Assembly (NCBI GenBank): GCA_041640575.1
Contig: JBEPZZ010000047.1
Coordinates: forward strand, 1 to 13,578
Length of the DNA stretch: 13,578 bases
Source of the DNA: Pseudothermotoga sp.
GTDB taxonomy: Bacteria; Thermotogota; Thermotogae; Thermotogales; DSM-5069
Direction: 5' to 3'
In this document: positions 8,554-13,578 of the stretch, piece after piece
Numbering within the stretch: the stretch's first letter is position 1
Layout of the letters: every line of letters starts with the position of its first letter
Translations under genes and position numbers: made by a program
Notes under the pieces: model-generated
Told to the model about the DNA's origin: nothing
Seen by the model: only the letters and a program-made list of their open reading frames with translations
The model's database searches: none

Positions 8554-10878
8554 GTGGACTTGTACAAAGATTCATCACTGCCACCAAAAATAAGAGCCAA
8601 GGATTTGTTGCTAAGAATGACACTTGATGAAAAGATAGCTCAACTGGGTTCTGTTTGGAGTTATGAATTGCTTTCAGATGATGGTGCACTTTCTTATGAA
8701 AAGACGAAAGCTCTTTTGAAACATGGTATTGGTCAAATTACTCGACCGGGTGGGGCAACAAACTACGAACCACCTGAGGTGGCAAAGTTGGTTAACGAGG
8801 TCCAAAAATTCTTGGTAGAAAACACACGGCTTGGTATTCCCGCAATAATGCATGAAGAATGCTTAGCCGGGTACATGGGTTTGGGAGCAACAACTTTTCC
8901 TCAACCAATTGGAATGGCAAGCACATGGGATCCTGAATTGATACAAAAAGTTACATCTGCTATAAGAGAAGATCTTAGAAAGCTTGGAATTACCCAAGGT
9001 CTTGCGCCTGTTCTTGATGTTGCCAGAGATCCAAGGTGGGGTAGAACGGAAGAGACTTTTGGCGAATCGCCCTATTTAGTTGCGAGAATGGGAACAGCTT
9101 ATATAAAAGGTTTGCAAGGTGAGGAAATCAGAAAGGGAGTTGTTGCAACAGCAAAGCATTTTGCCGGTTACAGCGCATCTGAAGGAGGTAAAAACTGGGC
9201 ACCGACAAACATTCCTCCAAGGGAACTGAGAGAAGTTTTCCTGTATCCCTTCGAAGCGGCTGTAAAAGAGGCAGATGTGTTGTCAATTATGAATTCCTAC
9301 AGTGAAATTGATGGAATACCGTGTGCTTCTTCTCGAGAACTTCTTACGGAAATTTTGAGAAGACAGTGGGAATTCGAAGGTATAGTAGTCTCAGATTATT
9401 TTGCAATTGACATGATCCGAGGTTACCACAAGATAGCCAAGGACAAAGCTGAGGCAGCAAAGTATGCGCTGGAAGCAGGAATAGACGTGGAACTTCCAAA
9501 AACAGATTGTTATTTGCAGCTCAAAGATTTGGTTGAAAAGGGGATCATCAGCGAAAGATTGCTAGACGAAGCAGTTTTAAGAGTTTTGACTTTGAAATTT
9601 ATGCTCGGTCTGTTTGAGAACCCATACGCACAGGTTTATACTGATCTTTCAGATCACAGAGAAATTGCTTTAGAAGTAGCACGCAAATCGGCGGTTTTAC
9701 TGAAAAACAATGGAATTTTGCCTTTAAAATCTGATGTAAAAATAGCTTTGGTAGGACCTACCGCGGACGATGTAAGGAATTTGCTTGGCGATTATTCTTA
9801 CTTAGTCCACATCAAAACTCTTCTGCAAAATGTGAACGAATCAACGTTCAATGCCCCAAAATTCAACCTGAAAAAAGTTGAAGAGCTTGTCGACAAACAC
9901 ATGAAGAGGATACCGAGTATACTTGGTGAACTGATGAAAAGAACTAAAGAACTTTACTACGCAAAAGGTTGTGACATAACTGATCTTTCGAAGGATGGAT
10001 TTCCAGAAGCAATTGCAGCTGCTAAGAAGGCAGATGTAGTTGTAGCTGTTGTCGGTGATAGGTCTGGTTTAACCATTGAGTGTACGAGTGGAGAGTCTCG
10101 AGACGTGGCTAATCTGAAATTACCAGGCGTTCAAGAAGAATTGATCTTGGAGCTAGTAAAAACAGGAAAACCGATTATTGTAGTTTTGGTAACTGGAAGA
10201 CCATATTCTTTGAAAGCTTTTGCTGAAAAGGTGGATGCCATTGTTGAACTCTGGCTGCCAGGCGAGATGGGTGCTCAAGCTCTCGCTGAAATAATTTTTG
10301 GAGAAATCAATCCCAGCGGAAAACTTCCAATAAGCTTTCCCGCAAGTGCTGGCCAAATACCTGTTTTTCATTACGTCAAACCGTCTGGTGGCCGATCCTG
10401 TTGGCATGGAAACTATGTAGACGAGGATGTTAAACCGCTGTTTCCGTTTGGCCATGGTCTTTCGTACACGAACTTCTCCTATTCAAACTTTCTCGTGGAT
10501 CAAGAAGTTCAGATTGCTGGTACTGTAAAGATAAAAGTAGATGTTCAAAACACAGGACAGATTTTTGGGGAAGAGGTTGTTCAGGTTTACATTTCAAGGG
10601 AAAATGCCAGCGTCACAAGACCAATCAAGGAACTGAAAGCTTTTCAAAGAGTTGGCTTGAACCCCGGTGAAAAGAAAACCATACTGTTTGAAATGCATAC
10701 AGATGTCTTAGCTTATTACGATAGGGACATGAAATTAGTTGTTGAACCTGGCATTTACAAGGTGTTAGTAGGCAGTTCATCACAGGATATAAGATGTGAA
10801 GGGAGCTTTTCCGTAGTCGGTGAAAAGAGAGTTGTTCAAGATAAAAGAACATTCTTCACAAAATCGACAATCGAGTAA
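8554..10878 (+). CDS. Glycoside hydrolase family 3 beta-xylosidase (possibly also alpha-L-arabinosidase)
   Basis: 774 aa. MTLDEKIAQL, TRLGIP..HEECLAG, RDPRWGRTEETFGE, KHFAGY, IVVSDY (nucleophile Asp), SGESRD (likely acid/base Glu), C-terminal Fn3-like domain (GEEVVQVY...RPIKELKAF). No signal peptide, so cytoplasmic. GAGGAGG RBS and GTG start. Xylosidase specificity is inferred from resemblance to Thermotoga GH3 xylosidases and from gene context. Confidence 0.92.
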   Translation: MDLYKDSSLPPKIRAKDLLLRMTLDEKIAQLGSVWSYELLSDDGALSYEKTKALLKHGIGQITRPGGATNYEPPEVAKLVNEVQKFLVENTRLGIPAIMHEECLAGYMGLGATTFPQPIGMASTWDPELIQKVTSAIREDLRKLGITQGLAPVLDVARDPRWGRTEETFGESPYLVARMGTAYIKGLQGEEIRKGVVATAKHFAGYSASEGGKNWAPTNIPPRELREVFLYPFEAAVKEADVLSIMNSYSEIDGIPCASSRELLTEILRRQWEFEGIVVSDYFAIDMIRGYHKIAKDKAEAAKYALEAGIDVELPKTDCYLQLKDLVEKGIISERLLDEAVLRVLTLKFMLGLFENPYAQVYTDLSDHREIALEVARKSAVLLKNNGILPLKSDVKIALVGPTADDVRNLLGDYSYLVHIKTLLQNVNESTFNAPKFNLKKVEELVDKHMKRIPSILGELMKRTKELYYAKGCDITDLSKDGFPEAIAAAKKADVVVAVVGDRSGLTIECTSGESRDVANLKLPGVQEELILELVKTGKPIIVVLVTGRPYSLKAFAEKVDAIVELWLPGEMGAQALAEIIFGEINPSGKLPISFPASAGQIPVFHYVKPSGGRSCWHGNYVDEDVKPLFPFGHGLSYTNFSYSNFLVDQEVQIAGTVKIKVDVQNTGQIFGEEVVQVYISRENASVTRPIKELKAFQRVGLNPGEKKTILFEMHTDVLAYYDRDMKLVVEPGIYKVLVGSSSQDIRCEGSFSVVGEKRVVQDKRTFFTKSTIE

Positions 10879-10879
10879 T

Positions 10880-10910
10880 AAAAAAGCGGGGGTCGATACC
10901 CCTGCTTTTA
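10880..10910. terminator. Bidirectional rho-independent terminator between convergent genes
   Basis: AAAAAAGCGGGGGT-CGAT-ACCCCTGCTTTT: 12-bp stem including one G.U pair on the + strand, with an A run on the left and a T run on the right. It overlaps the ROK gene stop codon (10908-10910). Confidence 0.85.
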
Positions 10911-12065
10911 TTGATTTACACTGATGACTTTGTCTAAGTATTTTTCGATAGCATAAACAGCCGCTCCAACCAAGTTGCTTGATGGTTCGGCAAAAATTGT
11001 GGGTCGGATCTTCAATTTGGTGGTTGCCATTTTCAACGCTCGAGTCTTAACTATTTCATTCACTCTTGCAAAATACCAATCCGGTGCCGATGAAAGAGAG
11101 CCTCCTATTATCACGATTTCCGGATTCACCCCATTTACAATGTTCGTTATACCTACAGCTACATTGTACGCATGAACATAGAGAATCGCTTTAGCTTTTT
11201 CATCATCTTGCTTTGCCATACTGAGAAGTTCTTCAAATTTGTCTATATGATTGTTACCATTCAATAATCCATACTTTTGGTTAGCCCATCTAATACTTGC
11301 ATAAAGCTCCCAACATCCTTTATTTCCACAATGACATCGCTCTTCAGAGTCAATTGATACAATCATGTGGCCGAATTCTCCAGCAGAAAAGCTCTCACCT
11401 CTCACAACTTTTCCACCTATCATTACACCAGTTCCAACACCTTCTCGAACTATCACGAAAACTGCATTATCCACATTAGCTAAATCTGCTGCATACCTTG
11501 CCTCCGCAAGCATCGACAAGTTAGCTTCATTGTCAGCTAATATGTCGAAATTCCCGTCAAAGAGATCATCAATCCTGACGTTGTACCATCCCAAGTTAGG
11601 TGCTAAGATAATCTCTTTTCTATCACAGTTCACGATACCTGGGACTGAAAAAGATACCATTTCAAAATCATAAACATTTCTCATAGCATTGACTTTTTCA
11701 AGAGCAACTTTGAAAAAATCTTCCGGTAATTGTGGTGTGTTAAAATGGGATACCACGTCAATTTTTCCGTTCAAAAACGCTACTCCTAAGGATGTTTTTG
11801 TTACACCTATATCGAAGACAGCAGCAATGGGTTTTTCACTTAGACTCAAGACTTCGCCCTTGCGGCCCGGTTCCGATTTTTCCTCAAACTGGATTACCGA
11901 GATAATGCCATCATTCATTAACTCGCGAGTCAACCTTGTGACAGCACTTGGTGCTAAACCAGATTCACGTGATAAACTTGCCCTTGTTTTTGGACCGGTT
12001 GCGATAAGAAGTTCCACCAAGTTTCTTTTGTTTCCAGTTTTCATCGAAACATGATCATGTTTCAT
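10908..12065 (-). CDS. ROK-family (NagC/XylR-type) transcriptional repressor
   Basis: 385 aa. N-terminal winged HTH (TRASLSRESGLAPSAVTRLTRELMNDG...PGRK), DIG, SVPGIV, APNLGW, DNEAN...LAE, GVGTG, AGEFGH and the Zn motif CHCGNKGCWE. RBS GAGGCG 5 nt before the ATG. Confidence 0.94.
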   Translation of the reverse strand: MKHDHVSMKTGNKRNLVELLIATGPKTRASLSRESGLAPSAVTRLTRELMNDGIISVIQFEEKSEPGRKGEVLSLSEKPIAAVFDIGVTKTSLGVAFLNGKIDVVSHFNTPQLPEDFFKVALEKVNAMRNVYDFEMVSFSVPGIVNCDRKEIILAPNLGWYNVRIDDLFDGNFDILADNEANLSMLAEARYAADLANVDNAVFVIVREGVGTGVMIGGKVVRGESFSAGEFGHMIVSIDSEERCHCGNKGCWELYASIRWANQKYGLLNGNNHIDKFEELLSMAKQDDEKAKAILYVHAYNVAVGITNIVNGVNPEIVIIGGSLSSAPDWYFARVNEIVKTRALKMATTKLKIRPTIFAEPSSNLVGAAVYAIEKYLDKVISVNQ

Positions 12066-12152
12066 CAGATCGCCTCACTTATACCTTGGTGAATCCTATT
12101 ATTAATAATTTTACAACGAAGTTTGTGAAATACAGTAGAATTAATTGATGTT

Positions 12153-12178
12153 ATTTGTAAGAAAGAATTCTTACAAAT
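12153..12178. promoter_or_regulatory. Perfect 11-bp inverted repeat (candidate operator or RNA hairpin) between malG and the ROK gene
   Basis: ATTTGTAAGAA (12153-12163), AGAA, TTCTTACAAAT (12168-12178). The repeat is seen directly; its function is unknown. Confidence 0.55.
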
Positions 12179-12232
12179 TCTTGCACAAAAGCATTTGTCG
12201 AGAAAACGATGATAAGTGATTACATCAAGTTA

Positions 12233-13578
12233 TTATTCTTTTACTGCCCCTCGAGTTAGACCGCTGACCAAAAATCTCTGCATTGAGAGGAATAGGATAA
12301 CCATTGGCATCATTCCAAGCAAAGCTGCAGCGGTAAACAGTCCCCATTCAGTCTCGTATGGTCCAACAGCGAAAGTTTGAAGTCCCAAGGCATAAGTGTA
12401 ATTTCTGACATTCTGAAGAATTATCCTGGCAACGACGAATTCGTTGAAGGTTCCTATGAAGACAAGCAGGAAGACAACAACAAGAATTGGCCTTGCAAGT
12501 GGCAGAATTATCTTATAAAAACTTTGAAATCTTGTTGCACCATCAACTATAGCTGCTTCCTCGAGAGATGGAGGTATGGTGTCGTAAAAGCCCTTCATTA
12601 AATACATGTTATAGGCAATACCCGTGAGGTACGAAAAGATCAAACCACCTAAAGTGTCGATACCTAGGAAAGATACGTACCTTCCTAGGAAGTTCAACAA
12701 GTTATAAATAGCTATCATGAAGATGACTGCAGGAAACATTTGTATGAGCAAGAAACTCAGCAATCCGTATCTTCGCCATTTAAATCTCATTCTACTAAAT
12801 GGGTAAGCGGCTACCGCACAAACGGCTGTTGTTATAACACCAACAACAGTCGCCACAATAACCGAATTCAAAACCCAGTATAAAAAGTAGTGCTTTGGCT
12901 TTTGCTTCCAAATGTTGTCAATTCTGTAGAAGTACTTATCTATATTCTTATATTCAGATTCAAGAAAATCAAGGGGAGATCGATCCATTAAATTTCCTGC
13001 TCTCCTGGTAGTAACCGTCATATCAGCTTTTACTTTATTGACAAAGTCCATACTTATCAAATCGGAAAGTTTTGTCAAAACATCCGATCTAACAAAGTTA
13101 CCGGCAAAAGAAATTGCCAAAAGGCCACTGTAAGTCATCTTGAAATCGTTCAACAAGCTCTTTGCATTCGACAACACTGAATCAAGATTCTTAGAAGTGT
13201 TTTCAAATCTTCTCACAAAATCTCTATACTCCTCAACCCATCTCATACTGTCCAAGGTTTTGGACAATCGAGAAGAAATTTGATCCCTGGGCTCATAAGC
13301 ATTCGCAAAATTTCGGATGAAGTTTAGAACAGCAGAATAACGCGTCAAATCAGCAGAAGAAAGGCTTTTTATATTCTTAACAGTTGCTATTCTTTCTTCC
13401 AGTTGAGCTTTGAAAATCTTCAGTTCGACAAACCTTTTATATTCTATGGTCGATTCTCTGATTCTCTTTATCTGCTCTTGCAAGTTTGCCTTAACAGCTA
13501 AATTGTTTTCAATGTCTTTTTGAGCCTCGGCAAGTTCTTCATTCATATTTTTCAAAATTAAGATCTTTTCGCATGTAT
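12233..13578 (-). CDS. malG: Maltose/maltodextrin-type (CUT1) ABC transporter permease MalG with a large hydrophilic coiled-coil loop; 5'-truncated by the window edge
   Basis: The frame stays open to the window end (TCEKILILKNMNEEL...). The C-terminal ~220 aa is classic MalG: W.LNS.IVA, AAYPFSRMRF, LLIQMFPA, KGFYDTIPPSLEEAAIVDGAT (EAA motif), YTYALGL, WGLFTAAALL, QRFLVSGLTRGAVK. Confidence 0.85.
   Translation of the reverse strand, partial: TCEKILILKNMNEELAEAQKDIENNLAVKANLQEQIKRIRESTIEYKRFVELKIFKAQLEERIATVKNIKSLSSADLTRYSAVLNFIRNFANAYEPRDQISSRLSKTLDSMRWVEEYRDFVRRFENTSKNLDSVLSNAKSLLNDFKMTYSGLLAISFAGNFVRSDVLTKLSDLISMDFVNKVKADMTVTTRRAGNLMDRSPLDFLESEYKNIDKYFYRIDNIWKQKPKHYFLYWVLNSVIVATVVGVITTAVCAVAAYPFSRMRFKWRRYGLLSFLLIQMFPAVIFMIAIYNLLNFLGRYVSFLGIDTLGGLIFSYLTGIAYNMYLMKGFYDTIPPSLEEAAIVDGATRFQSFYKIILPLARPILVVVFLLVFIGTFNEFVVARIILQNVRNYTYALGLQTFAVGPYETEWGLFTAAALLGMMPMVILFLSMQRFLVSGLTRGAVKE

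Noticed and set aside
11365..12054. Plus-strand ORFs of 102 and 121 aa opposite the ROK gene
   Set aside because: Antisense in-register shadows of the ROK CDS, Ser/Thr/Pro-rich, with no family features.
12095..12140. Sigma70 promoter for the ROK gene on the - strand
   Set aside because: Several -10-like hexamers (TAAAAT, TATTAA) are present, but none pairs convincingly with a -35 box in this very AT-rich stretch, so I could not place it.
13553..13555. TTG13555 as the malG start
   Set aside because: The frame remains open to the window end, and the N-terminal transmembrane helix expected for MalG is absent.
1..13578. CRISPR array, IS or prophage, tRNA/rRNA, defence system or other novel multi-gene system
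   Set aside because: All long ORFs belong to known sugar uptake, catabolism or regulation families. Intergenic gaps are about 250 bp or less, with no repeat-spacer pattern, transposase, integrase or cloverleaf.

Overview
An ordinary, gene-dense, AT-rich sugar-catabolism region that looks Thermotogae-like (GGAGG/GAGGTG ribosome-binding sites, gene order resembling the Thermotoga maritima xylan/glucuronate locus, and an oversized MalG). The + strand carries the 3' part of a mannonate oxidoreductase (uxuB, cut by the window edge) and mannonate dehydratase (uxuA). A 253-bp AT-rich regulatory gap follows, then a five-gene Opp/Dpp-family ABC importer that most likely takes up xylo-oligosaccharides, and a GH3 beta-xylosidase. 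The - strand carries, convergently, a ROK-family repressor and the 3' part of a MalG-like sugar permease with a very large coiled-coil loop (cut by the window edge). I see no mobile element, CRISPR array, rRNA/tRNA or clearly new system. The best leads are non-coding: a perfect 11-bp inverted repeat (possibly inside a larger fold) upstream of the ROK gene, a candidate ROK operator and tandem repeat upstream of the transporter, and the apparent absence of the xylanase and acetyl-xylan-esterase genes relative to the T. maritima locus.
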